A stretch of DNA of 64,000 bases. It comes from Alphaproteobacteria bacterium. Its GTDB lineage: Bacteria > Pseudomonadota > Alphaproteobacteria > Micavibrionales > SZUA-601. Shown piece after piece: positions 19,280-29,578 of the stretch. Within the stretch, counting starts at the first letter, position 1; the number at the start of each line of letters is the position of its first letter. A model generated the notes under the pieces. That model saw only the letters and a program-made list of their open reading frames with translations. It was not told the DNA's origin and did not search any database. The translations under genes and the position numbers were made by a program. The stretch spans positions 135,385 through 199,384 of the forward strand of contig CBDFFU010000003.1 of the NCBI GenBank assembly GCA_965246875.1, written 5' to 3'.

Positions 19280-20143
19280 ATGTCCTTTGAAACAGTGCCT
19301 GGTGTTTATCAAGTGATGCGTCCATCCGACGGTGCTGTGTCGTGTCCGTTGGTGTTGGATTCACCACATAGCGGCACGTTATTGCCAAACGATTTTCACT
19401 ATGTGTGCGACATTAACGCGTTGCGCAGCAGTGAGGACACGCTGGTCGACCGGTTGATTGCAACAGCCCCAACCTGTGGCGCAACGATTTTGACGGCGGA
19501 GTTTACACGGTCGTACATCGACCTCAACCGGTCGCTGGATGATCTGGATCCCTCCCTTTGCGCCGAAGCCTTGCCGTGGCATCTGCACCCGACCAAACGC
19601 ACGCAATTTGGTCTGGGATTGATCCATGCCATGGCGCGCGGTCAGGCAATTTACGACGCGCCCTTGAGCAAGGCTGCCATCGAAAACCGCATCGCCACCT
19701 ATTACACGCCCTATCAGGCCTGTTTGCAGCAGGAATTAGCCGCGTTGCAGCAACAGTTTGGCCAGGTGCTGCATCTGAATATCCATGCCATGCCCAGCAT
19801 GAATAACGATGGCAAATTGCTGCCCGACATCGTCATCGGCGATCTGGACGGCACATCGGCCCACCGCGTCTGGCGCGACACGGTGCGCGACCTGTTCAAG
19901 GCCGCGGGTTTCGTGGTGACCATCAATACGCCATACAAAGGCGTCGAAATCATCAAACGCACCGGCAAGCCCCGTCAGGGCTTCCAGGCGTTACAGATCG
20001 AGATCAATAAAGCGCTGTATCTGGACGAGCAAACCCTGTTACCCAACGCGCATTACCCGGATTGCGTTGAGGTCATGCAGTCGATCTGGCAAACGTTGAG
20101 CGGGATCTTATTAGATGTCTCGCATCGCCACGCGGCGGAATGA
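19280..20143 (+). CDS. N-formylglutamate amidohydrolase family protein
   Basis: N-terminal pattern PLVLDSPHSGTLLPNDF...SSEDTLVDRL is typical of the FGase family. Confidence 0.78.
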   Translation: MSFETVPGVYQVMRPSDGAVSCPLVLDSPHSGTLLPNDFHYVCDINALRSSEDTLVDRLIATAPTCGATILTAEFTRSYIDLNRSLDDLDPSLCAEALPWHLHPTKRTQFGLGLIHAMARGQAIYDAPLSKAAIENRIATYYTPYQACLQQELAALQQQFGQVLHLNIHAMPSMNNDGKLLPDIVIGDLDGTSAHRVWRDTVRDLFKAAGFVVTINTPYKGVEIIKRTGKPRQGFQALQIEINKALYLDEQTLLPNAHYPDCVEVMQSIWQTLSGILLDVSHRHAAE

Positions 20144-20240
20144 TTTAAACATTAGATTAGACTAAACTATTTACTCCATATAAAAAAACCGGCTACAAAG
20201 AGCCGATTTTTGTATTTTTGCTTGTAATAATAGCTATTAA

Positions 20241-20609
20241 TTATTCCATTCTAAGCTTTTGAGTTGCTTGTGTGGACCAACTAGACATAGACGCATACTC
20301 AAGAGCATTCGTATAATCTTGTCCTGGATGATAATCTTTCCAGCCTCGCACTTCCTTAGGTCCCATTGCAGCTGATGTTCTGCAGGCAACAGAACCAACA
20401 TTAGTGTGGAATTCAATAAATGGCGACTTTTTCAACCAGTCATCTAATTCTGTTTGATTATTTACAGTAGTCACATCGTTGACAGGCACATAACCAACAA
20501 CATTTCCGTCCTTATCTTTTTGTGAGTAAGATTCACCGCCCAAAATATTTTCATCAGTACGCCATGCGCTAACCTGAACAGCCCCATCTTTAAAATCGAC
20601 AACCGACAT
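20241..20609 (-). CDS. hypothetical protein, AT-rich ORFan
   Basis: 122-aa ORF. The 15-bp palindrome aagatat-a-atatctt lies just upstream of its start. Confidence 0.45.
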   Translation of the reverse strand: MSVVDFKDGAVQVSAWRTDENILGGESYSQKDKDGNVVGYVPVNDVTTVNNQTELDDWLKKSPFIEFHTNVGSVACRTSAAMGPKEVRGWKDYHPGQDYTNALEYASMSSWSTQATQKLRME

Positions 20610-20757
20610 AATTAAACTCCCTTAAGGTTAAGATATAATATCTTAGCCAAAATCATATCATATGTCAAAAAAAAGTTTTATGTTAATTGTTATTAGTTTA
20701 TGTATATAAAAAGCGTCTGTAAAGCACTTTTTACTCTAACTTTTAAAAAATAAATCC

Positions 20758-21381
20758 TTACCGCTTCGCCTTCAACGCATCGATCAAAGCCTGCACACTG
20801 CCGCCGTTGCGTTCGATCACGCTGGTGAAATCGGAACGGTTGGTGACCGACATGCTGATGCCTTCAACGGCCAGGTCAATGACTTTCAACGCGCCACCGA
20901 TGTTGCGCACGCGCCAGGCAAAGGCGATCGGCGCGCCACTGGTCGGTTTGATGTTCATCATGACGGCATAGTCGGTGTCGTTGATCGCACTGGCGCTGGC
21001 AATGTCGTATGATCCGGTGGATGCGGTCAAGACACGGTCGGCGTATTTGTCGATGATGGTTTCCTTGACCAGGCCGGTAAATTCCGTTTGTTGTGCGGGA
21101 GTGGCGACACGCCAGTAACGGCCCAGCGTAAAGCGGGCGATCGTTGGGATGTCGAACGACTGGTTCAACAAGGTGCGAAATTCTTGCTTGGCAGTGTCTT
21201 GAGACAATTGGCCGCTTTGTGTCGCCTTGATCGTGTTCAAGGCTTTGCTGCCCAGATTGTCGATAAAGCCTTTAGCTTGGGCTGTTTGATCGCCAGCCGC
21301 TTTTGGTGCGGCAAAAGCCGGGCTGATCATTGCACCCACCAAAATCAAAACCGTGGCAAATTTGCGCATCATCATTGTCAT
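20758..21381 (-). CDS. mlaC: MlaC/Ttg2D-family phospholipid-binding periplasmic protein
   Basis: Signal peptide followed by FDIPTIARFTLGRYWRVATPAQQTEF...VIDLAVEGISMSVTNRSDF. Confidence 0.8.
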   Translation of the reverse strand: MTMMMRKFATVLILVGAMISPAFAAPKAAGDQTAQAKGFIDNLGSKALNTIKATQSGQLSQDTAKQEFRTLLNQSFDIPTIARFTLGRYWRVATPAQQTEFTGLVKETIIDKYADRVLTASTGSYDIASASAINDTDYAVMMNIKPTSGAPIAFAWRVRNIGGALKVIDLAVEGISMSVTNRSDFTSVIERNGGSVQALIDALKAKR

Positions 21382-21434
21382 ACTCCTGTTATCAACCGTA
21401 TTTTCAACTAAAACTTGGACTTAAGCCCTGGACT

Positions 21435-21465
21435 TAAAAAAGGGAGGCGGCTGCCTCCCCTTTTG
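21435..21465 (-). terminator. rho-independent terminator after mlaA
   Basis: Hairpin gggaggc-ggct-gcctccc flanked by an A-run and a T-run. Confidence 0.65.
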
Positions 21466-21494
21466 ATCGTTTGGACCGTTACAGATAAAACGGT

Positions 21495-22271
21495 TTACTT
21501 GCGTTTTTCCGTCATGGAATACGAATCCAGCGCACCGCCGGCTTGATAAACGTGGTCACGGATCGCATATCTACGGTTTTGGCTATACGCGCTGCGGAAG
21601 GTGCTGTATGGATCAACCGAGTTGTTGATGACATCGTCCAGCGGTGCCATTAACTGCGCACGGGTGTCGACGATGGTCAAACCGGCACGGGTGTACAGGA
21701 TCCAGTCACGCTCGGTGTTCATGGCATACAGGTTCAATGGGTCAGTGAAGATATCAACCACACGGCCACCCGCATCACGCAGGTTCGATGGTCCAATAAT
21801 TGGCAACACTAAGTATGGACCGGCACCCACGCCATAATGACCCAGTGTCTGACCGAAATCTTCACGCGGAATGGCCGGGCGACCGACATGATCAGCCACA
21901 TCGAACAAGCCGCCAACACCCAAAATGGTGTTGGTGACAAAGCGCCAGGTCACGATGTTAAAGCCGGTGACATCGCCTTGCAGCAATTCGTTGACCATGC
22001 TGACAGGGGACATCAAATTGCTGAGGAAGTTATGTGTCCCGTCCTGCACGAAATCCGGCAGATATTGATAGCCGCGCGCCAGCGGGCGGATCAGGATTTG
22101 ATCAAAGAACATGTTGAAATTAAACACAGCGCGGTTGAAGGGCTCCAACGGATCAGAGACGTCGCTGCCGCGTGCATTGTCATAGGCATCGTCATACGCG
22201 TCAGCTGCGTGGACAGGAACCGAAACAGCCAGGCCGGCAAGAAGTAAGATGGCAAAAAAGAAACGGATCAT
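21495..22271 (-). CDS. mlaA: MlaA/VacJ-family lipoprotein
   Basis: DPLEPFNRAVFNFNMFFDQILIRPLARGY...NLRDAGGRVVD is a typical VacJ pattern. Confidence 0.85.
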   Translation of the reverse strand: MIRFFFAILLLAGLAVSVPVHAADAYDDAYDNARGSDVSDPLEPFNRAVFNFNMFFDQILIRPLARGYQYLPDFVQDGTHNFLSNLMSPVSMVNELLQGDVTGFNIVTWRFVTNTILGVGGLFDVADHVGRPAIPREDFGQTLGHYGVGAGPYLVLPIIGPSNLRDAGGRVVDIFTDPLNLYAMNTERDWILYTRAGLTIVDTRAQLMAPLDDVINNSVDPYSTFRSAYSQNRRYAIRDHVYQAGGALDSYSMTEKRK

Positions 22272-22491
22272 TGCGAACCTATCGAATAGAAAGAAAATAT
22301 CATTGTGAAGCTAGCATAATCACCTTGGTTGCCAAGACCATAGCCCTGTCTTCAAAGGCTTATTAGAGTCTACGTGAGCTTTCTTAAAGTTTTGTTGCAT
22401 CTGCGCAACAGTCTCAATCGTTTATAAACCCTCTTTTAAAGGTCTGCCGGTAAGGTGGAGAGAGAAGATTTCATGCATAAAGGGTCGCACC

Positions 22492-23583
22492 GTGTTTTTT
22501 CAAAACCAAAAATCAGACAAATCGGACACCGTCGCCAAAGATGTGCTGGCCCGTGCCGACAAAGACAGTCTCCCCCTGAATCCAAATGTTTTCAGCGTGC
22601 TGTATGCCTATTACAGCGGTAGCCAGCCAGAATTGAGTCGCCGTATCGATGGCTGGGTGCATGACAAGCAACCGTTAACAGCCGCTTTTTGCCAGGATCT
22701 TTACGATTTATACCTGTCCGATACCCATGAAAAAAATGTCGTGCAGCAGGCCAGCCAAGCCTTGCAAACTACCATGTCGGACATTGCCGGCGTAATCGCC
22801 TCCAGCGGCGTGGCCCAGCGTGAATACCAGCAGCGCCTGATTAAGAAGAGCGACCAAATCAGCGGTGTCGGCTCAGACTCAGCCGAACTCAAAGCTATGG
22901 TGCAAAATCTGGTGGAAGACACCAAGCGGATGCTGGCGGACAACCAGAAACTGGAACATAAGCTCAACGAATCTGCCATTGCCATGCAGGAAATGCGCGA
23001 AAACATCCAAAATCTCAAACGCGAGGCGATGACCGACAGCCTGACCGGCCTGTCCAACCGCAAAGCGTTCGATATCGAGCTGAAACACCGCGCCGGCGAC
23101 GTCATGGATAATGGCAAGGCATTGTCACTGTTGATGATCGACATCGATCATTTTAAACAATTCAACGACACGTATGGCCATCAGGTCGGCGACCAGGTCT
23201 TGAAACTGGTTTCCAACGCGCTGCAGGGCAACGTGAAGCCGAGTGAAATGGTCGCCCGCTTTGGCGGCGAGGAGTTCACGGTCATTTTGCCCGGCAGCAA
23301 ACTGCGCGACGCGGAAAAAATCGCCGAAAAGCTGCGTGAGAAAATCGCTCTGAAGGATATCGTCAACCAGGCCAAACAAGAAAACATGGGTCGTTTATCT
23401 GTCTCCGTCGGCGTCGCCCAGCTCAAGTCTGGCGAGTCGATCAGCCTGTTTATCGAACGCACTGATCGCGCCCTGTATAAAGCCAAAGAATTAGGCCGCA
23501 ACCGCGTCGTCGCCATGGAATACGATCCAGCCATTCACAACTCGATGATCGGCGGCGACATCGTGATCGATGTGAATCGGTAA
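22492..23583 (+). CDS. diguanylate cyclase (GGDEF domain, GGEEF active site)
   Basis: C-terminal segment DSLTGLSNRKAF...IDIDHFKQFNDTYGHQVGDQVL...RFGGEEFTVILP. GTG start as given in the track. Confidence 0.85.
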   Translation: MFFQNQKSDKSDTVAKDVLARADKDSLPLNPNVFSVLYAYYSGSQPELSRRIDGWVHDKQPLTAAFCQDLYDLYLSDTHEKNVVQQASQALQTTMSDIAGVIASSGVAQREYQQRLIKKSDQISGVGSDSAELKAMVQNLVEDTKRMLADNQKLEHKLNESAIAMQEMRENIQNLKREAMTDSLTGLSNRKAFDIELKHRAGDVMDNGKALSLLMIDIDHFKQFNDTYGHQVGDQVLKLVSNALQGNVKPSEMVARFGGEEFTVILPGSKLRDAEKIAEKLREKIALKDIVNQAKQENMGRLSVSVGVAQLKSGESISLFIERTDRALYKAKELGRNRVVAMEYDPAIHNSMIGGDIVIDVNR

Positions 23584-23664
23584 TTTATAGAAGATTAGAA
23601 TCTGTCAACTATCAGATGCCTTCTTAGCTACAGCGATCCCTTGTCACAGATTGAGGATTGATAC

Positions 23665-24237
23665 ATGGATTTAATTTATCTCCATGGTGCGCCCGCTAGC
23701 GGAAAACTCACTGTTGCAAAAGAATTGCAGCTTTTAACGGGCGCAACGCTGTTTGACAATCATGCCTCCATCGATTTTGCAAAAACTATACTTGAATTTG
23801 GAACAAAAGATTTTTGGGAGTTAGTGCATGATACGCGAATGACCGTCTTTGCCAAAGTCAGCCAAATGGAAATTCCTGTGATGATTTTTACCACATGTTA
23901 CTCGCACCCAGAGGATCTGCCCCTTTACGAACAAATCACCGACACAATCATTGCTAATGGCGGTAAAATTCTTCCTGTATTTCTTGAATGTGATGTTGCA
24001 ACGCGTGAAAAGCGTGTGGATAATGTCGACCGCGTGACGCGTAAAAAAATATCATCTGTAGATGGTCTCAGACGTTTTGATGATCGAAATCAGATAGCTC
24101 CTGTACCATACCCATCCTGTCTTCACTTAAGGTCTGATAGTTACAGCCCAACCGAAATCGCCAAAGAAATCGTCAGTCATTATAAATTACAAGAGCAAAG
24201 GCCAACGAAAGCAGTTTTACCAACGCTCAAAATGTAA
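23665..24237 (+). CDS. P-loop NTPase/kinase-like protein
   Basis: Walker A segment LHGAPASGKLTVAKEL at the N-terminus. 190 aa. Confidence 0.6.
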   Translation: MDLIYLHGAPASGKLTVAKELQLLTGATLFDNHASIDFAKTILEFGTKDFWELVHDTRMTVFAKVSQMEIPVMIFTTCYSHPEDLPLYEQITDTIIANGGKILPVFLECDVATREKRVDNVDRVTRKKISSVDGLRRFDDRNQIAPVPYPSCLHLRSDSYSPTEIAKEIVSHYKLQEQRPTKAVLPTLKM

Positions 24238-24269
24238 ATTTGATAATGATATTTGATTAAATAATCGAT

Positions 24270-25211
24270 TTATCCCTCAACCTGCTTCTTGTTCAAAACA
24301 TGCATCAGGTTATTGAACAACGTCGGCTGTTTTTTATTCAGTTCTTTTTCCAGATAAGAAATCATCAAACCGGCGACGTTTTTCTCGGTGTATTTCTCAA
24401 TGCCTTCCAGGCCCGGTGAGGAATTAACCTCCAAGACGCGCGGACCGGTTTTAGCGCGGATGATATCGACACCGGCCACTTGCAGTCCCATCACCTTCGT
24501 CGCTTCGATCGCAATGCCGCGTTCTTCCGGCGTAATATCAATTGGCACAGCAATGCCACCACGGTGCAGGTTAGAGCGGAACTCATCTTTTTGCGCTTGA
24601 CGCTGCATAGCAGCAACCACTTTGGTGCCCACGACGAAACAGCGAATATCCATGCCGTCGGCTTCCTTGATAAATTCCTGCACCAGAAAATTCGCGCCCA
24701 GTGTTTTCAACGCGTCAATCATGCTTTCAGCGGCTTTGTTGGTTGTTCCCAATACAACACCAGCACCTTGTGTGCTTTCCAGCAATTTGATGATCAACGG
24801 CGCGCCGCCGACCATCTGAATCAAGTCTTTCGAATCGGCCGGTGAATTGGCAAACCCGGTGTTTGGCAACGGCACACCTTTGCGCGCCAAAAGTTGCAAC
24901 GAGCGCAGTTTGTCGCGCGAGCGCACAATTGGCACAGAACCATTGAGACAATAGGCACCCATCAACTCAAACTGGCGCAAGACGGCTGTGCCATAGAATG
25001 TCGCACTAGGGCGCAAACGTGGAATGACGGCATCAATCTCGGCAATCACATGACCACCGCGATAATGAATCGACGGGATTTTGTCTGTAATGCTCATATA
25101 GCAATTATCGATCTTGAGAAAAATCATCTCATGACCACGTTTCGTCCCTTCCTCCATCAAGCGTTGATGCGAGTAGAGATCGGGATCAGTGGCGAGCAGT
25201 GCAATTTTCAT
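24270..25211 (-). CDS. rimK: RimK-family alpha-L-glutamate ligase (ATP-grasp)
   Basis: 313 aa with RimK-like segments MKIALLA...[15 protein letters not shown]...[14 protein letters not shown]. Confidence 0.9.
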   Translation of the reverse strand: MKIALLATDPDLYSHQRLMEEGTKRGHEMIFLKIDNCYMSITDKIPSIHYRGGHVIAEIDAVIPRLRPSATFYGTAVLRQFELMGAYCLNGSVPIVRSRDKLRSLQLLARKGVPLPNTGFANSPADSKDLIQMVGGAPLIIKLLESTQGAGVVLGTTNKAAESMIDALKTLGANFLVQEFIKEADGMDIRCFVVGTKVVAAMQRQAQKDEFRSNLHRGGIAVPIDITPEERGIAIEATKVMGLQVAGVDIIRAKTGPRVLEVNSSPGLEGIEKYTEKNVAGLMISYLEKELNKKQPTLFNNLMHVLNKKQVEG

Positions 25212-25290
25212 TCAACTCTTTCATCATACAGATTGTAAAAATTCGATATGCTCTTGTGGCCGCTTGCCAGCGACAGCCAAGCTGTCTCTT

Positions 25291-25764
25291 TTAGCTCTTA
25301 TAGAGTTTGCGCGCTATCTCTTTTTTGAACTTGCCCATCAGGCAGTTCTGGTTGGGCGCGACGTAATAGTGAAACTTGTTGATGGCGGTACGGCCCAGCA
25401 GCATACGGAACAGCATGTTCTCCCGGTTGGTCAAGGTGACCTCTACCATGCGCGCCACGCCGCCCAGAATGACTTGCGTTTCAATCACATAGCGCTTCTC
25501 AGCTTTGCCGCCGGAATCTTTGACGACACGCCGGTCGACCAAGGGCGCCTCGGCGACAACGGCCAGGTTTTTTGCAAATGGTAGCGGATGAATTGTAAAA
25601 CGCACCCACGGCTTGCCTTTACGCCGGAACGGCACAATGTCGTCCGCATGCAGTGCCGAGGTGCGGGCGCCCGTATCGGTTTTGGCTTTGACCGCTGGCA
25701 AGCCCAGTTGCGGGAACTGAACCCATTCACACCAGCCAATCATCGGTCGGTTATCAATCGTCAT
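25291..25764 (-). CDS. RimK-associated retropepsin-like protease (annotated in databases as ATP-dependent zinc protease; RimB-like)
   Basis: GWCEWVQFPQLGLPAVKAKTDTGARTSALHA pattern. Lies immediately upstream of rimK on the same strand. Confidence 0.8.
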   Translation of the reverse strand: MTIDNRPMIGWCEWVQFPQLGLPAVKAKTDTGARTSALHADDIVPFRRKGKPWVRFTIHPLPFAKNLAVVAEAPLVDRRVVKDSGGKAEKRYVIETQVILGGVARMVEVTLTNRENMLFRMLLGRTAINKFHYYVAPNQNCLMGKFKKEIARKLYKS

Positions 25765-25842
25765 GCATCAGAGCCTGTTTTTATGGAGGCAGTTATTGCT
25801 TTAGCCACGATAGACGAAAATACGGCGGCGTCAATTTTGACT

Positions 25843-26691
25843 TTAGTCGTTGATGGCCTGACACACCGGACAGTAAAATGTCGAGCGTCCATTTTGCACG
25901 ATCCGCGCGATCATGTTCTTGCAGCGCACACACGCCTTACCCTCGCGCCCATAGACGTTGAACTGCTTTTGAAAATAACCGATCTCACCATCGGTTTGGG
26001 CATAATCGCGCAATGTACTGCCCCCCGCCTCAATGGCCAGCGTCAAGACTTTGCGGATGGCTTTGACCAGGGATGTGGCTTCAGCTCTGGTCACCGACTG
26101 CCCGTGACGGGTGGGATGAATGCGCGACACAAATAACGCTTCACACACATAAATGTTGCCCAAGCCTGCAATCAGCGTTTGATCCATTAAAATGGCTTTC
26201 ATCGGCGTTTTGCGTTTTTGTAATTGCTGATAAAGCCAGGCACCAGTTAGATTGTCTGAAAAGGGATCGACACCCATATGCGCCAACAACTTATGTTGAG
26301 GCAGATTGTCTGTGGTCGTGCAATCCACCACACCGAACCGCCGCGCATCGTTGAAGAATACTTGTGCAAAGCTGGATTTTTTTGCTTTTGAGCCGTAGTG
26401 AAACACAACATGGTCATGTTTGCCAACAGGCGTCCCTGCATCTACAAACGCCATGCGGCCTGACATGCCCAAATGAATAATAATGACATGGCCATTATTT
26501 AAATGGATCAAAATATATTTGGCGTGCCGCGTGATGGCTGTCACTTTGGCACCCTGCACGATGCTCGGCATATCCATCGGAATATCAAACCGGATGCGTG
26601 ACCGGTGTAAAATGACCTGATGAATCGTTTGCCCGACAAGCTTGGCGGCTAATCCGCGACAGGTGGTTTCGACTTCGGGGAGTTCAGGCAT
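25843..26691 (-). CDS. mutM: formamidopyrimidine-DNA glycosylase
   Basis: N-terminus MPELPEVETTCRGL and a C-terminal zinc finger (CVRCKNMIARIVQNGRSTFYCPVCQ). Confidence 0.95.
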   Translation of the reverse strand: MPELPEVETTCRGLAAKLVGQTIHQVILHRSRIRFDIPMDMPSIVQGAKVTAITRHAKYILIHLNNGHVIIIHLGMSGRMAFVDAGTPVGKHDHVVFHYGSKAKKSSFAQVFFNDARRFGVVDCTTTDNLPQHKLLAHMGVDPFSDNLTGAWLYQQLQKRKTPMKAILMDQTLIAGLGNIYVCEALFVSRIHPTRHGQSVTRAEATSLVKAIRKVLTLAIEAGGSTLRDYAQTDGEIGYFQKQFNVYGREGKACVRCKNMIARIVQNGRSTFYCPVCQAIND

Positions 26692-26725
26692 ACGAATACT
26701 CTAAGCAGATGAGACGCCTTTTCAA

Positions 26726-26941
26726 TTAAGCGTTCAACAAACCATCTGTCTCGATTGCATCATCTGGTGATTCCGGCAACACAGCGGTCGGGTCGGTTTC
26801 GACCATGTCGGCCACCTGTTCATACATCTGCGCGTTTTCTGTCATAGCTTCGGCCATTTCCGGGTTGTCGTTCGCCAGATGATGAAAAAAATCAGCGGCA
26901 TCACGTAACAAGCGGGCAGCAAGTTCAGCATGGGTGGTCAT
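26726..26941 (-). CDS. small acidic hypothetical protein
   Basis: Start chosen at MTTHAEL, preceded by an aagga RBS. No family recognised. Confidence 0.45.
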   Translation of the reverse strand: MTTHAELAARLLRDAADFFHHLANDNPEMAEAMTENAQMYEQVADMVETDPTAVLPESPDDAIETDGLLNA

Positions 26942-26977
26942 GAAATTCGTCCTTTGCAATGATTATGATGATTATAA

Positions 26978-27286
26978 TTAGCCTGCTGCCGACGACAAGA
27001 CAGGTGGCAATGACATGCCATTGGCTATCGTCATTGATTTTTCTCTAAGGGCCGTCAGGTTTGCCAGATTTTGCTGGTAATGATACTCAACAAGGAGAGG
27101 TTTTTCACAGGCCGACAAGATCATGGTCAGGTGCTCATATTGTGTGTAGGCAAACGGCGTCGATCCGATATCATCCAAAGCCATTAACCCTCTCTGTTCC
27201 AATTCATTACTGTAAGCCGCCTGGCCAAATCTTTCGAACACCGCTTCGATCAGCTGCAAGCCGATATCCTGATAGTTTGTAGACAA
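26978..27286 (-). CDS. hypothetical protein (TTG start, or the 3' part of a frameshifted gene)
   Basis: 102-codon ORF that overlaps the upstream 76-codon ORF by 37 nt in another frame. Confidence 0.35.
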   Translation of the reverse strand: MSTNYQDIGLQLIEAVFERFGQAAYSNELEQRGLMALDDIGSTPFAYTQYEHLTMILSACEKPLLVEYHYQQNLANLTALREKSMTIANGMSLPPVLSSAAG

Positions 27287-27480
27287 GCCTTCTTCTGTGC
27301 ATCAATCATGAACTGCACACCTGCTAGTGCCACATACGGTGCAAAGTTTGGTTCGAGATTTACAACGGTGTCATCCAGCGCGTTTTTGCATTGCTCCGGT
27401 GTCATCGCCATATCTTCGGCCAGTTCCTGCAAAGTTGGCACAAAATCGTGCCGTGCTTTTTCAATCGAAATGTCATCCAT
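27250..27480 (-). CDS. hypothetical protein (possibly the 5' part of a frameshifted gene)
   Basis: 76-codon acidic ORF. See the finding on a possible frameshift. Confidence 0.35.
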   Translation of the reverse strand: MDDISIEKARHDFVPTLQELAEDMAMTPEQCKNALDDTVVNLEPNFAPYVALAGVQFMIDAQKKACLQTIRISACS

Positions 27481-27539
27481 ATCAATTCCAGTGTTTAAAT
27501 GAATTACATGAGATTAGGTTGTTTGATAGGGAGGTCAAG

Positions 27540-28163
27540 TTAAAAGTCTGCTGTTGATTGTTGTATTCTTTTCAATTGCTTGTTGTGCCATGACGACAAC
27601 AGCAGCAATCCAGCCACCGCGCCGATTGCCGCGCACAGCATATCGTTTTGGGTATCCCACACATCGCCTTGCGTTCCCAGAAAACTGTCGGCGGCTTCGC
27701 CGGTCAAAACCGATGTCAGCCATTCAATGATTTCGTAAGCGGCACTAATGCCTAAACAGCCAAACACAATAATGGCGAACAGCCATTTGCCGCTACGCAA
27801 CGGTGACGTGCGCAACAGCAATTCACGGATAACCATGGCTGGCACCAGGCCTTGCATCACATGACCAACGCGATCGTAATGATTGCGCGTCCAGTCAAAC
27901 CACGTTTTACAGTCGTCGAATAGCGGTACGCGCGCATAGGTGTAATGCCCGCCGACAAACAGAACGATGCAATGCGCGGCGATGAGGCCATAAAGCAATG
28001 GTGTCAGCGGAAACTTTTTATAAGTTGCGATCAACAAAACCATTGCGACGATCGCCGGAACAGACTCCAGCCACCAGGTGAAACGGTCATAGGGATTGAT
28101 GGTTGACCAGATACCCACAAGAGCAACGATTATGGCGCAAAGAAAAGGCCAGCGCGCCAGCAT
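27540..28163 (-). CDS. DUF2238/YjdF-like inner-membrane protein
   Basis: 207 aa and polytopic. The segment INPYDRFTWWLESVPAIV...GGHYTYARVPLFD resembles the YjdF family. Confidence 0.65.
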   Translation of the reverse strand: MLARWPFLCAIIVALVGIWSTINPYDRFTWWLESVPAIVAMVLLIATYKKFPLTPLLYGLIAAHCIVLFVGGHYTYARVPLFDDCKTWFDWTRNHYDRVGHVMQGLVPAMVIRELLLRTSPLRSGKWLFAIIVFGCLGISAAYEIIEWLTSVLTGEAADSFLGTQGDVWDTQNDMLCAAIGAVAGLLLLSSWHNKQLKRIQQSTADF

Positions 28164-28164
28164 A

Positions 28165-29562
28165 TCAATGCATCGACTTGATAATGTTCTCGGTCATCTT
28201 TTTCGCATGATCCAGCAACATCATCGTGTTGGGCTTGTAGAACAGGCTGTTGTCGATGCCGGCATAGCCTGAACCCAAAGACCGTTTGACGAACAAGACT
28301 GTTTTCGCTTTGGCGACATCCAGAATGGGCATGCCGAAAATCGGCGAGGCTGGATCGTCTTTGGCAGATGGATTAGTGATGTCATTGGCACCCACCACAT
28401 AGACGACATCACACTGCGCAAAGTCGCGGTTGATATCTTCCAGTTCCTGCACCTCATCATACGGCACATTGGCTTCGGCCAGCAACACGTTCATATGGCC
28501 TGGCATGCGGCCTGCCACCGGGTGAATGGCGTAACGCACTTTGACACCCTGACTTTTTAAAATATCGGCCATTTCTTTGACCGCATGTTGCGCTTGCGCT
28601 ACTGCCATGCCATAGCCCGGGACGATGATAACGCTTTCGGCATTTTTCATGATGAAGGCGGCGTCTTCAGCGGAACCGATCCGCACGTTTTTATCGCCCA
28701 TGTCTGCGGCACCCGCACCGGCTGCACCCTCGGCACCAAAGCCGCCCAGCAACACCGACAGGAATGACCGGTTCATGTTTTTGCACATGATATAGGACAG
28801 AATCGCACCCGACGCGCCGACCAAGGCACCCGTAATGATCAGCAGCGTGTTTTCCAGTGTAAAGCCAACGCCGGCCGCGGCCCAACCGGAATAGGAATTG
28901 AGCATAGAGACGATCACCGGCATATCCGCGCCGCCGATCGGCATGATCATCAAGACACCCAAAGCAAACGCCAGGACAACGATGACCCAAAAGAACAAGG
29001 CTGATTGCGTGTTGCACAACAAGACAATGGCCAGAATAATGCCGATCCCCAACACGGCGTTCAACGCATGCTGACCTTTAAAGGCCAATGGCTTGCCAGC
29101 GATCAGGCCCTGTAATTTCCCAAAGGCGACGATCGAACCGGTAAAGGTGACCGCCCCGATGGCACATCCCAAAGCCATCTCAATAATGGAATTGATGCGG
29201 ATGTCACCCACCTCGCCGATACCAAACAGATCCGGCTGATAAAAGGCAGCCGCCGCCACACACACAGCCGCCAGGCCCACCAGCGAGTGAAACGCCGCCA
29301 TCAATTGTGGCAAGGCGGTCATCGCCACTTTACGCGCGATCACGCTGCCGATCACGCCACCAATGGCTATACCCAATAATGGCAAACCATAGGCTTGTAC
29401 TTGTGGCGCCATTAGTGTGGCAACAATCGCCAAAGCCATGCCGATCACGCCGCACAACACGCCACGGCGCGAGCTTTCTGGATGCGACAGACCTTTTAAG
29501 GCAAAGATAAACAGAATGCCGGAAGCAAGATAAGCCAGATGCAAAACGGTAAACAGCGACAT
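28165..29562 (-). CDS. pntB: NAD(P) transhydrogenase subunit beta
   Basis: Start chosen at MSLFTVLHLAYLASGILFIFALKGLSHPESSRRG. The C-terminal dIII segment is PGYGMAVAQAQH...AGRMPGHMNVLLAEA. Confidence 0.95.
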   Translation of the reverse strand: MSLFTVLHLAYLASGILFIFALKGLSHPESSRRGVLCGVIGMALAIVATLMAPQVQAYGLPLLGIAIGGVIGSVIARKVAMTALPQLMAAFHSLVGLAAVCVAAAAFYQPDLFGIGEVGDIRINSIIEMALGCAIGAVTFTGSIVAFGKLQGLIAGKPLAFKGQHALNAVLGIGIILAIVLLCNTQSALFFWVIVVLAFALGVLMIMPIGGADMPVIVSMLNSYSGWAAAGVGFTLENTLLIITGALVGASGAILSYIMCKNMNRSFLSVLLGGFGAEGAAGAGAADMGDKNVRIGSAEDAAFIMKNAESVIIVPGYGMAVAQAQHAVKEMADILKSQGVKVRYAIHPVAGRMPGHMNVLLAEANVPYDEVQELEDINRDFAQCDVVYVVGANDITNPSAKDDPASPIFGMPILDVAKAKTVLFVKRSLGSGYAGIDNSLFYKPNTMMLLDHAKKMTENIIKSMH

Positions 29563-29578
29563 GAAGAGTAATCCAATT

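Noticed and set aside
20758-22271. mlaA-mlaC without adjacent mlaDEF, as a possible anomaly.
   Set aside because: As far as I recall, separation of the VacJ/MlaC genes from the ABC transporter genes is common. The transporter may simply lie outside this window.
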